DNA of 64,000 bases from Octopus sinensis (lineage: Eukaryota): assembly GCF_006345805.1 (NCBI RefSeq), contig NC_043011.1:59656464-59720463 (forward strand), given 5' to 3'. The notes beneath the pieces are model-generated. The model was not told where the DNA came from. It did no database searches and saw nothing but the letters and a program-made list of their open reading frames with translations. Numbering within the stretch: position 1 is the stretch's first letter; the number at the start of each line of letters is the position of its first letter. Positions 50,057 through 63,000 of this stretch are shown piece by piece. Position numbers and translations under genes: made by a program.

Positions 50057-51032
50057 GGCTATGGAGATTCCGATTCTGAAATAAAATTTTCAAAAATCGC
50101 AACTTCAAAATTTAATCCCCCCCTCCCTCCATTTCTTCATTTTTCACTTTTTTCGAAATTTTTTTACTCTTTTTTTTTGCGAAATACGTACAAAAATTAT
50201 GATTCTGAAAAATAATTTGTTTGTAAAATTTCAATTTTTCGAAAAAAAATATATCCCTTCCCTCAAGCAGGCTATTCACATGCTAGAAATAACAGCCAAA
50301 TCTCACAAAACTGCGATAACCTAATGAATGAAATTTATAATCTATCTCCTCACCTTTCTGCAAAGATTTCTTTCAGAGTAATTTCCCGCAGTAATATGAC
50401 AAAGTGAAATTAAAGCGTTCATTTTTTATTTTATTTTTTTTTAAGGCGAAGGAGTGGCTGTGTGGTAAGTAGCTTGCTTATAAACCACATGGTTTCGGGT
50501 TCAGTCCCACTGTGTGGAACCTTGGGCAAGTGTCTTGTGAGTAGATTTGGTAGACGGAAACTCAAAGAAGCCCGTCGTATATATATATATATATGTGTGT
50601 GTGTGCGTGTTTGTCCCCCCCCCCCCAATATCGCTTGACAACTGATGGTGGTGTGTTTACGTCCTCGTAACTTAACAGTTCGGCAAAAAACGACCGATAG
50701 AATAAGTACTAGGCTTACAAAGAATAAGTCCTGGGGTCGATTTGCTCTACATCGTGGAGCCACATGGCCTATCGGTTAGAGCAGCGGACTCGCGGTCGAG
50801 GGATCGCGGGTTCGAATCACAGACCTAGCGATGTGTGTGTTTATGAGCGAAATACCTAAGCTCCATGCGGTTCCGGCAGAAGGTAATGGCGAACTTCTGC
50901 TTATTCTTCCGCCACAACTTTCTCTCACTCTTTCCTCTTGCATCGTCCTATCAGGTGGGGAACCTATACACCAAGGAAACCGGGAAACCGGCCCTTGTGA
51001 GCCAGGCATGGCTCGAGAAGGAACAAACAAAA

Positions 51033-51227
51033 CAGTTTCCATCCTATGGCGTTCGACCGTTTGGTGGGGGTCGACTACTAACTGCGAAGTTCCTATCTTC
51101 ACTGGCAACTCGCTTTGCAGAGGTAACCGGTGAGGCTGGTGAAGGCGTTTGGCTGTTCCGGTGCATCAGCCTCGCCATCACCCGCTGCAACGCTCCAAGA
51201 GTGCCGGCGTGTCTCAATAGCCATTAG
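51033..51227 (+). mobile_element. CRE-like non-LTR element 3' fragment
   Basis: HPMAF...KFLSSLATRFAEVTGEAGEGVWLFRCISLAITRCNA...*. Confidence 0.65.
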
Positions 51228-52379
51228 AAAAGTTTCCCCAACTTTTCAACCCAAGGTGGTGAATTGTTCTGGATTTTTTTCTTTTTCTCTTTTTTCTGTC
51301 TCTCTTTTTTCTTTGTTTTTTTTCTTAATTATTTCAGTTGTGTTCTTTGTTTTGTCCAATTTCCTAATTTCATTTTATAAAACGATAAACACTGTGAAGG
51401 CTATAAAATTCTCAAATATGAGGGGAAAAAACGAGAAGAAAACACACCAACTATGCACCAAACCACCTTTTAGAAACGTTCCATGTCTTCGAGAATGTCT
51501 CGTCTTTGTTTTTTTTTTTTTTTTTTCATTTTCCACCATGGAAGGTTACAATTCTGTGGAAACTTCCTTTTTTTCTCTTCTGTACTCTTTACTCTCTCGA
51601 CCAAAGCCTAGTGAGTGGATTTGGTAGACGGAAACTGAAAGAAGCCCGTCGTATATATGTATATGTATATATATACATATATATGTGTTTGTGTGTCTAT
51701 GTTTGTCCCCCCCCCCAACATCGCTTGACAACCGATGGTGGTATGTTTACGTCCCCGTAACTTAGCGGTTCGGCAAAAAAAAGATAGAATAAGTACTAGG
51801 CTTACAAAGAATAAGTCCTGGGGTCGATTTCCTCGACAAAAGGCGGTGCTCCAGCATGGCTGCAGTCAAATGATTGAAACAAGTAAAAGAGTAAGATTAA
51901 ATTGAGTTAGTCTCTTTTATTAAAATCGAAAACGACGAGATAATCTCCACTGGAAGACTACTTAATCAGTGCTCATGTGGGATTAGTCAATGACAATAAA
52001 GAAACAAACTCAAAACAATTAAAAGAGCTTATTTTGGATTCATTAGAAGCAAAACGTGAGTTCAAGTTTAAAGATAAACACTCGTATATTGTATTAACGA
52101 ACGGAAAATGAAACAAAATGCGAAATAAAAATTTGATAGTCTTGTAATCAAGGGAGACAACTCTTTTAATAATAGTTATCTCCCTTGCATCTTTCGCTTC
52201 TTAGTTTCAGTCAGTAAACGGTGACGTTTGATTATCCATCGTTTCATTTTGCAATGTAATAAATTATGAAATATTCTTCGTGGTCTGCGCGGCACTTTGG
52301 GCCGTAGTCTTCTACTATGGCAAGTTTGTCTATTTGGGTAGCACATTCAGCCATTTTTGCTCCTTGAGTGATGAATGAT

Positions 52380-53230
52380 TGCTTCAGGGCTTCTTGAATT
52401 ATGTGTCTACTCTCAAAATGGCCACACAAGGCAAACTAAAGCTGCTGTGCTCCATGCTTGGGCGTTGATGTCACCCTGTTTTACTCATGTGGGACAAGGA
52501 ACATCTGCATTTATAATGTAAGAGTTCTTGAAAGCTTCCATCAGACACATTCTGAATGTTGGCCGGTCTTTGCCAACTCCAAACACAGAGATTTTCAGCG
52601 GAGCCGAATTCATGGGCATTTGAGGCAATTTTTTTTTTTTCCTTCTCGAGCCATGTTTAGCTCATAAGGGCCGGTTTCTCGGTTTCCATGGCGTAATAGA
52701 TTCCCCACCTGAAAGGGACGCCGGCCGTCGCAGGTGAGCTGCAAGATGCAGGAGGAAAGAGTGAGAGAAAGTTGTGGCGTAAGAGTCAGCAGAAGTTCGC
52801 CATTACCTTCTGCCGCAGCCGCGTGGAGCTTAGGTGTTTCGCTCATAAACACTCACACACATCGCTCGGTCTGAGATTCGAACCCGCGATCCCTCGACCG
52901 CGAGTCTGCTGCTCTAACCACTAGGCCATGTGCCTCCACTGATTACGATGGCCTGGACATTTTATTTGGATGAGTAATCAGAGGATCCCTAGACAGATGC
53001 TGTACGGCAGACTTGTTTGAGGAAAGCGATCCCTGCAGAAACCAAGACTAGGGTTCAAGGATTGTATAAAGTCCTCGTTGAATGCATATGAGATACGGAA
53101 GACCATTTGGGAAAGCAATTCTTCTCATTGCCAGCAATGGAGGGAACGAGCGAAGGAAGGAGTCGCGATTCTTGAAAAAATATCGTATTTTCATATTGAA
53201 TATCAGCGAGCTGCTTGAAAATTTACTTCG
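52380..53230 (+). mobile_element. Decayed RTE LINE C-terminal fragment interrupted by a SINE at 52630-52938
   Basis: VTLFYSCGTRNICIYNVRVLESFHQ, then after the SINE LRWPGHFIWMSNQRIPRQMLYGRL...KPRLGFKDCIKSSL. Confidence 0.8.
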
Positions 53231-53988
53231 AGTGAATGGAAAGAGTTTTGCCTGCAACATCTACGGACGTTTACGTCAAGAGACGGGCTTGTTAATTATC
53301 AGAGGAACACAAGATAACTATCGTCGTGTGTGGGTCTGTGTTTGTATATATATACATACATATATATAATATTATATAAATATATATAGATTATATATAT
53401 ATATATTATATATATATATAATATATTATTACATACGACGAGTTTCTTTCAGCTTCCGTCACCAAATCCACTCAGAAGATTTTGGTCAGCCAGAGGTTGT
53501 AGTTGAAGAGACTTGCCCAAGCTGCCACACAGTGGGTTCGAACCCTGAACCACACAGTCATGTTTTTTTTTCTTTTAGCTTCTTTAGTTGTTTTTTCTTT
53601 TTACTTTTTTACTTCTCCATTCAGAAAGCCAGTAATTTCAGGGGAGGAGTCGATTACATCGACCCTCAATGCTAAACTGATATTTATTTTATCAACTCGA
53701 AAATGATGAAAGGCAAAGTCAACCTCGGCGGAATTTGAACACAGAGCGTAATACCGAAAGAAATGCCGCAGGGTATTTTGTCCGATCTTGGTGTGTTTAC
53801 TTCCCCGTAACTTAGCGGTTCAGCAAAATAGAACGATAGAATAAGTACCTGTCTTCCCAAGAATAAGTCCAGGGGTCGAGTTCCTCGACTGAAAAGCGGT
53901 GCTCCAGCTTGACCACAGCCTTAGGGCTGAAACCTGTAAAAAATAAAAGAGTAAAAAAGGATAAATGGTTTTTTTTCTGTGGTCTTAT

Positions 53989-54022
<34 letters not shown>

Positions 54023-54048
54023 ATATATAGATAGATAGATATAGATAT

Positions 54049-54089
<41 letters not shown>

Positions 54090-54135
54090 CAGATAGATCC
54101 GTATAGAAAACACACAACACTCATGTACCAATATT

Positions 54136-54214
<79 letters not shown>

Positions 54215-54498
54215 ATACATTATATAATAACAAAGGGTAAAATTATTAATTAAGAGTAATCAATAATTTCCCCAAGTAGAATTCGGTATGAAAAAGGACC
54301 ATTTCACGGTAAAGTTAAGTAATACTTAATAATTAGGGTTCAGCAAAGATTTGCTTTACCACATACCGAAGTTAGAAAAAGCAGCCAACAATCTTTAAAG
54401 TAGAAGAAATAGCTAAGATTTTTGGCTGCTATTTCTAAACTTGGGTATGTGGTAAAGCAAATCTATGCTGAACCTCTTTATAAGTATATATCTATATA

Positions 54499-54539
<41 letters not shown>

Positions 54540-55199
54540 TAATATATATATATATATATATACTGTGGAGTGAATTGGTAGACGGAAACTGAAAGAAGCC
54601 TGTCGTATATATGTATATATATATGTGTGTATATGTATCTGTGTGTGTTTGTGTGTCTGTGTTTGTCCCCCTAGCATTGCTTGACAACCGATGCTGTTGG
54701 GTTTACGTCCCCGTCACTTAGCGGTTCGGCAAAAGAGACCGATAGAATAAGTACTGGGCTTACAAAGAATAAGTCCCGGGGTCGATTTGCTCGACTAAAA
54801 GGCGGTGCTCCAGCATGGCCGCAGTCAAATGACTGAAACAAGTAAAAGATATAAAAGATATATATATATACATATATATACATATATATACATACACATA
54901 TATATATTATATCTATAGTATATATATATAGATATATATATATCTATATATATATATATATATATATATATAATGTATGTATATCTATGTGAAATAGAAG
55001 ATGAATAATCTGTAGTAGATTATCAAAAGTTTAACCGATACCTTAGTAGCAAAAAATCCAGCAGTGAACAGCAGAATGAAGAATGAAATAAAACGATTCT
55101 GTTCAATCTGCGTTCAGCTCCATTTCTTCATTCACCAATATGTTATGTATAATATAATATATATATATATATATATATATAGATATATATATATATGTA

Positions 55200-55230
<31 letters not shown>

Positions 55231-55399
55231 GTGTATATACATATATAAGTATGTATATATATATATATTATATATTATATATATATATATGTATGTATAT
55301 ATATATATATATATTATATATATATAGGTATTATATATATGTATATATATATATACATATATATATGTATGATATATATGTATATGTGTGTGTGTGTAT

Positions 55400-55750
55400 G
55401 TATGCATGTATGTATGCGCATGCCATCGAAACGTGCCATCCCGCGCCTCTAGAATCCTACACTCCTTTTTCCCGCACTTAAGCCTAAGCGTCCATCTTAG
55501 CTTTAGCAGCAGGAGCGGCGGCGGCAACAACAAACAACAAACAGCTGCAAAGAGAACCGAGAAAGCAAGTGTGTAAAGTAGAACCATGGTGCGCATGCGT
55601 GAAGAGCCTTTTAAAGAGAGGAAATGGCATGGCCGGCGGGCGGGCGATGATCGCAGACGGATGTTACCAATCAAACGATGCATCGCCTGCAATGATAACA
55701 AACACACGCAGCTGCACCACAGCGTGATTTATATGCATTCTGCTCCGTCC
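55400..55750. promoter_or_regulatory. CpG-rich promoter-like island
   Basis: Unique CpG-rich patch in AT-rich DNA with GGGCGGGCG (GC box), CCAATC, GCGCATGCG (NRF1-type), TTTCCCGC at 55468-55475 (E2F-type), TTTAAA (CHR-like), CCATCTT (YY1-type); pyrimidine-rich 5'UTR-like run on the minus strand. Confidence 0.55.
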
Positions 55751-56308
55751 AGTACAAGCCACCAACCATTTACTTACCGAACCCCCAAAAAAACAAAACA
55801 AAACAAAAAAAAAAACTATTAAAAAAAGACCTCGGTACGTAAATGTGTGTATGTCTGTATTTAAGTCTCTGTGGCTCAGTGGTTAGGGCGTCGGACGTAC
55901 AGGCATGCGGTTGTGAGTTCGGTTCGCGGACCGGGCTCTGTGTTGTTGTGTGTGTTCGTGAGCCAAGACGCATTGATTCACGTTGCTCCAGTTCTCTCAG
56001 CTGTAGAAATGAGTTGTGATGGCACTGGTGCCAAGCTGTATCGGCCCCTTTTGCCTTTCGCTTGGATAACATCGGTAGCGTGGAGAGGAGGGGCCGGTAT
56101 GCATGGGCGACTGCTGGCCTTCCATAAACACAATCTTGACCGGACTTGTGTCACGGTAGGTAATTTTCTAGGTGCAACCCCATGGTCATTCATGACTGAA
56201 GGGGAGGTGGTTCTTAACCTTTTTTTACCCTATGTATGTAGTATGTATGTATGTAGTATATATGTATGTATGCATGTATACATATATGGATGGATGGATT
56301 GTTGTTGT

Positions 56309-56351
<43 letters not shown>

Positions 56352-57109
56352 AGGGTCAGGAGTCTCTCTGATTTCTCGCTTACAGAGCGCTGGCATTTAT
56401 AATAATTAGATTCCAGCTAGAAAGATGGATATACATGATATGCATAGCTTATACTAATGTAGGTCACTTGCTGTCCATTTAAACCCCAGCCCCGTGACAC
56501 AGCGAGGTCATGGATCAAGTGAAAACACAGTTCCTTTTTGACAGGACAAAAATAATTCCCGCTGTCTTTGCAAGCAAGAAGCGGGTGGATTTGGTTTCAA
56601 ATCCAGGCAGGGCCAAATGAGGTCCTACAAGTTATCTAATAGGTGGCGTTATATTGGGGTTGAAAGAATGACGCGTGTAATATTAAATATGCTAAGACAA
56701 TCTGAAAACAATAGAAACTTTTAAATGTTTACCGGTTTTCATGAAATTTTTGCGTTAACGGAATTGAATTAACGGAAGCTAAATGTAACGGAAGTTAATT
56801 AGTCCGATAATGATTTTTCAATGTTAACCTAAAAGTTAAATCGTAAAAGAAAATGTTAACTTCGTTAAAATAACAATACAAATAAATGATAAATTGCAAC
56901 GCTCAAAAAGAAATGGCTGATGCGAAAAACCTACATATATGTTTCGGTTCATACCCCTACCTGATACGTAATTTTAAGCATTTGGTTATATGCTAAGAAT
57001 TAGTATCATTTTCAACTATATGGGGCAAGTATGTATATGTAAAAGTATGTATATATATATATATATACATACTTGCCCCATATAGTTGAAAATGATACCA
57101 ATTCTCAGC

Positions 57110-57186
<77 letters not shown>

Positions 57187-57518
57187 GGGTGTGTGGTGTG
57201 TGTTGTGTGGAGGCGCGTGGCTTAGGGGTTAGAGTGTCAGCACCATGATCGTAAGATTCTGGTTTCGATTCCTGGACCGGGCGACGCGTTGTGTTTTTGA
57301 GCAAAACTCTTCAATTCACGTTGCTCCAGTCCACTCAGCTGAGTAACGCTGCGATGGACTGGCGTCCAGTCCAGATGGGGAACACATACGCCATATAAAT
57401 CGGGAAACCGGACCCATGAGCCTGGCTAGGCTTTAAAAGGGCGCATTTATTTTTATTATATATATATATGTATATACAAAGTGAAATCTATTCCTCCATT
57501 TTCTATTTTGTATACATA

Positions 57519-57564
<46 letters not shown>

Positions 57565-57723
57565 GTTATATTTCGGAATGGTCATTTTGCCAGTTTAGCC
57601 AATAAAAACACACGCACTATATATATTGGCTAAACTGGCAAAATGACTATTCCGAAATATAACAATATCTGTTTCAACACACGACTTCACATAAAAAATC
57701 TTGCACAACAAATATTTATATTC

Positions 57724-57769
<46 letters not shown>

Positions 57770-58489
57770 ATATTAATATATGTATATATATAATCACTCA
57801 TGATGCCATTCACAGAATATTAATAGTCCTTCACTCAGCGAGACTCGCCCTATTCAATATATTAATAAATAGGGCATTCCTCCATTATTAATAAAGAATG
57901 CCGAGATATCCTCTAAACCATATTTAACCGTGCCGTAAAATAATTAGGGAGTTAACTTCTAAGCCCTCCCATGATCTTTAAATACTTTCCGAAAGACACG
58001 TGACTAAATTTCATTGTGACATTTTATGTAACTTATTTCAGCCGACCCTGGGGCTGATGAATTGCTCCAGCTGGTCGTTGTTAAATACATTGATGGAGGA
58101 CTGCTTAATGCCGATGGCGGTTGTGTGACAAATGTTCAAACAATAAATCACTTTGAGATATTTATTGGGCAATATTGTCATCATCATCACCCCCACCATA
58201 CCCCACCGTCATCATCATCATCATCATCAATCACCACCACCACCACCACCACCGTCATCCTCCTCCTCCTCCTCCTCCTCCTCATCATCATCATCATCAT
58301 TATTATTATTATTACGTGGCAGCTCGTGAGAGACTTGGTGAGAACGTCTCCATCACTGCCCCTCCCTCCCTCCCGCACAATCATTCTTTCTTCCCTAATT
58401 AGTGAAAGGACTGAACATGTGACGAAGCCATACTCACACACGAGGAGAGTAACGGACAACTGTACAACACACACATGCACATCTCACGA

Positions 58490-58539
<50 letters not shown>

Positions 58540-58665
58540 TATGTGTGTGTGCGTGCGTGCGTGTGTGTGTTGTACAACGCTTTTGCTATGGAATGGTGAA
58601 ACTATCTTTCCGTTTCCTGAGAAAGCAAAGTTTTGGGACTTACGACATTTTACATAATAGCAATG

Positions 58666-58725
<60 letters not shown>

Positions 58726-58877
58726 ATATATGTATATATATATAAATATATAATATATGTATTATATATAATATGTATATTATATAATTATGTATATATA
58801 CATATATGTATATATATAACATATATCTATAATGTACATGTATATATATATATACATATATATACATATATATATAT

Positions 58878-59275
58878 ATGGAAGGAATTGTGCCAAATTT
58901 TGGCATTGTAAGCTACACCAATGCTAGAACGGGAGGACACTGCATAGTGCCAAAGATCCCAGCAATGCCATCACGCTTCAGGACCAGCTTCTGCAACAGC
59001 CTGGGTTTCAAGGGCCCACAGCTTTTTAATATTCTCCCAAAGAGTCTGAGGAACTTGCACAAAGTAGATGTAGTGGTTTTTAAATCAAAGCTGGACCTCT
59101 TCCTGTCAAGAGTCCCAGATGAACCTACCTCACGACAAGAGGTGCAAATGAGGGTAGCTATATCAAACTCCATTCTTCACCAAGTGCCACATATTAGACG
59201 AGGTTCGTCGCAATAACAGTGTAGCACAAAACGGCGGTGCATCAGCATGGCCGCAGCTCTGAGCTGAAACTAGCA
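58878..59275 (+). mobile_element. 3' end of a CR1-like LINE (ORF2 C-terminus and short 3'UTR)
   Basis: GPQLFNILPKSLRNL...FKSKLDLFLSRVPDEP...*; 3'UTR ends ggcggtgcatcagcatggccgcagc. Confidence 0.75.
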
Positions 59276-59286
59276 AAAAAAAAATG

Positions 59287-59325
<39 letters not shown>

Positions 59326-59637
59326 TATATATATATATATATAGATATATATATATATATATATACACATTTCGTTGCTATTATGCAAAAGTGTAGTAAG
59401 TCCAATATGTTGCCTTTTCAGGAAACGAAAAAATAGTTTCATCATTCCATAGCAAATAGGTTTTACTTCACTTTGACAATTTTTGACGTCTTGCCATCTG
59501 AAGCAGCTGGAGATGCGATCGTTTGACCAAAAGAACCGGTTATTGCAAGCAAAAATAAATATTGATAAAAAAAATTTTTGTTCAAATTTGGATATAAGAC
59601 AGTTTAACATCATAGCAACGGTATATAAAAACAAAGG

Positions 59638-59770
59638 TGGTATCAAAATGTTTCCGGACTAGTCATGGAGTGCGCCAATAGATTGCAGCACGCGGTTACG
59701 TGCGCAATGAGAGCAAGCAGTGATCTTCATGAGGCAGCGGCCCGAGTGACCTTGCTATGTCTACTTCGCA
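59638..59770 (+). mobile_element. Mariner-type 5' terminal fragment
   Basis: ggtatcaaaatgtttccggactag...gcgccaatagattgcagcac resembles a mariner end. Confidence 0.4.
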
Positions 59771-59801
59771 TTCCCTCACTCATAAATTTCTCGCCAAAAT
59801 A

Positions 59802-59841
<40 letters not shown>

Positions 59842-60127
59842 TTTAAATGCCTACAACCTTAGTATGTTGACATCTATAAGCAATGAAAATGAGATTCACT
59901 TCTGACCATAGGCTGAAACAGCTGTAAGAAGTAATTTTTAGGATTTCATTAATTTATACTATGACTTTTAAAATCTGTATTTGTATTATTATCTTATCTA
60001 TTGATTTATATAAAATTTTTGTATGCTTTTGATGTTCTCATTTGTAAAATGAATAAATAATCCAACATTATAAGATCCGTAAGTTGATGAACAAACCAAA
60101 TTTGTTTCTCCATTTCTTATTTGTATT

Positions 60128-60198
<71 letters not shown>

Positions 60199-60539
60199 GG
60201 TGGGATACTTTCAGTTTTCCGTCTTACCGAATCCACTTACAAAGCTTTGGTCGGCCAGAGACTATAGTAGAGAACACTTGCCCAATTGTGCCACGCAGTG
60301 GGAATGAATCCAGAACCATGTGGTTGGGAAGCAAGCTTCTTATCACACAGTCACTCTTGCACCTATGTATTTCCTCTTCTTCTTTCCACCAGCTTTCTCC
60401 CTTTTTCCTTTTTCTTTTCAATGAAGGACTAGCGTCCGAAACGTTAAAAGACTCTTTCCCATTTCGTTTCAAGCTTTTTTCCAGTAACACTTTTGTTAAA
60501 ACTTGTCCCGTTTCTTGCGTTTCCTCTTGTTTCTGCTCA

Positions 60540-60600
60540 ATCACCATCATCATCATCATCATTAGCATCACCACCACCACCAACCACCACCACCACCACC

Positions 60601-60631
<31 letters not shown>

Positions 60632-60860
60632 CCACCACCACCACCACCACCATAACCATCGCCGTCGTCTCCTCCTCCTCCTCCTCATCATCATCATCAC
60701 CATCATCATCACCACAACCATCATCGTCATCATCATCATCATCATCACCACCACTACCATCACCATCATCACCATCCTCCTCCTCCTCCTCATCATATAT
60801 ATATTATATATATATATATGCGTGTGTGTGTGTGTTTGTGTGTGTGTGGGTGTGTATACC

Positions 60861-60904
<44 letters not shown>

Positions 60905-61267
60905 CCTTTACGGTATATTTGAAGCATTTTCCTTTGCAGAATTAAAGCCAGTCGCGTAAAAATAGTGTATGGATGGGTGCGTGGATGGATGGATGGGTAT
61001 GGATGGATGGATGTGGATGCTTGTATGATGTATATATGTATTAGTTGTATTATGTATTAGTATGTGTGCACGTATATTATATATATATATATCTGTATGT
61101 ATATGTATGTATATATGTATATACGTCTATCTATCCATGTATGCTTGTATATAAATGTGTATGTTTGTACGCACACATGTATGTATATATATATATATAT
61201 ATATGTACGTGTGTATGTTACAGAGGAAGCAAAAACAAAACAATCATAAAAACACATCTACAGTAGC

Positions 61268-61301
<34 letters not shown>

Positions 61302-61890
61302 GCAACAACAACATCACCGGAGAGGATAATTAATCAAACGAACTGAAGACGTTTGAGTTTTAAATTAAATCTCATTTTCTCTTGTTTTCGGTGATGTCAG
61401 TTTGGGAAATGGCTCCTGGTTGAGATTGGTTTTAATAACAATAATGGGTTCGGATTGGCACATTCGGTGGGTGTGGTGTAGCGCCGCAGCCCATGTGCCG
61501 GCGTCGTCGTCGCCTTCCTCCTCCTCTCCATCATCATCCTCCTCTCCATCCTCCTCCTCATCATCATCACCATCACCATCACCACCAATATCCTCCTCCT
61601 CCTCCTCATCATCATCATCATCATCCTAATCATCATCACCATCCTCCTCCTCCTCATCATCACCACCACCATCATCATCGCCATCACCATCACCACCACT
61701 ATCATCATCATCATCATTATCATCATCATCATCATCATCATCATCAGTCATCATCATCATCATCATCATCAGTCATCATCATCATCATCATGTCATCATC
61801 ATCATCATCATCATCACCATCATCATCAATATCATCATCATCATCATCATCATCTTCACCATCATCATCATCATCATCATCATCATCGTC
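60540..61890. repeat. (CAT/CAC/CCT)n trinucleotide repeat blocks (60540-60795, 61510-61890)
   Basis: Direct reading; source of the poly-H/S/I ORF artefacts. Confidence 0.95.
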
Positions 61891-62968
61891 TTTGTACCTC
61901 CATGTTGCTTTCGTGCTATTTTACAAAGTATATAATACATGCATGCACATAGATGCATATATACATGTACACACGTATATAGATATACATGCATGCACAT
62001 ATATTCGCATGTATATATATATATGTCTGTGTATGTTTGTATGTGTGTGTATACATACATGCAGACATACATACGTACATATATATATGTATATATGTAC
62101 ATGTGTATGTGTATATACATATATACAAATACGTATATACATGCTCATACATATATACATACACATACATATTGCATACACGTAGATATATAAATACACA
62201 CACAAACGCAAACATTAAAGCGACGCAGAAATTAGGCATATATGCACACACACAGACACACACACACAAGAATATATCATTCATCACATAGACATGCATA
62301 TATATATACACACACATTTACGTTCACAATAAATCACACAGGAAAGCCCACACACACACTCACATACTCACATGTACATACATACATACATATACATAAC
62401 ACACAACACATATATATATATATATATATATTATATTATATATAATATATACATATATATGGGCTATGTTGTGAGTGTATATATACAATATATAATTATA
62501 TATACATATATGTATATATGTATTTTATGCATGTATGTGTGTGTGTGTGTGTGTGTGCTGTTGTGTGTGTGTGTGTGTGCGTGTGTGTGTGTATTCATAT
62601 ATACACGTAGAAATACAGTCACACATATTCACATATGCACACGTGTACCTCTTCGAGCACAAAAAATAGCTTGAAAATCAATCCGAGCCTGTTAAACAAC
62701 AGACCACTCCCTCCAACGACAACAACAAAATCAATCAATAAATTAAAAGATAAAAATTGAATGACAGACATACAGACAGACAGCTTGAAAGAAAAGAAAG
62801 AAGGGAGGCGAAAAAGAAGTATAAAACGAAAGGAAAGGTGGTAAAGGCGGATGAAAGACGGAATGTAAACGAAAAAGAAAGAAAACGGAAGAAGGAAAAG
62901 AGAAAAGAAAGAAAGCAAGAAAGAAAGGGAGAAAGGAAAATGGAAGAAAAGTAAAAAAGGTTATAATT

Positions 62969-63000
<32 letters not shown>

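Noticed and set aside
51969-52055. Plus-strand exon-like AHVGLVNDNKETNSKQLKELILDSLEAK with donor gtgagt
   Set aside because: Weak acceptor and no partner exons or homology recognised.
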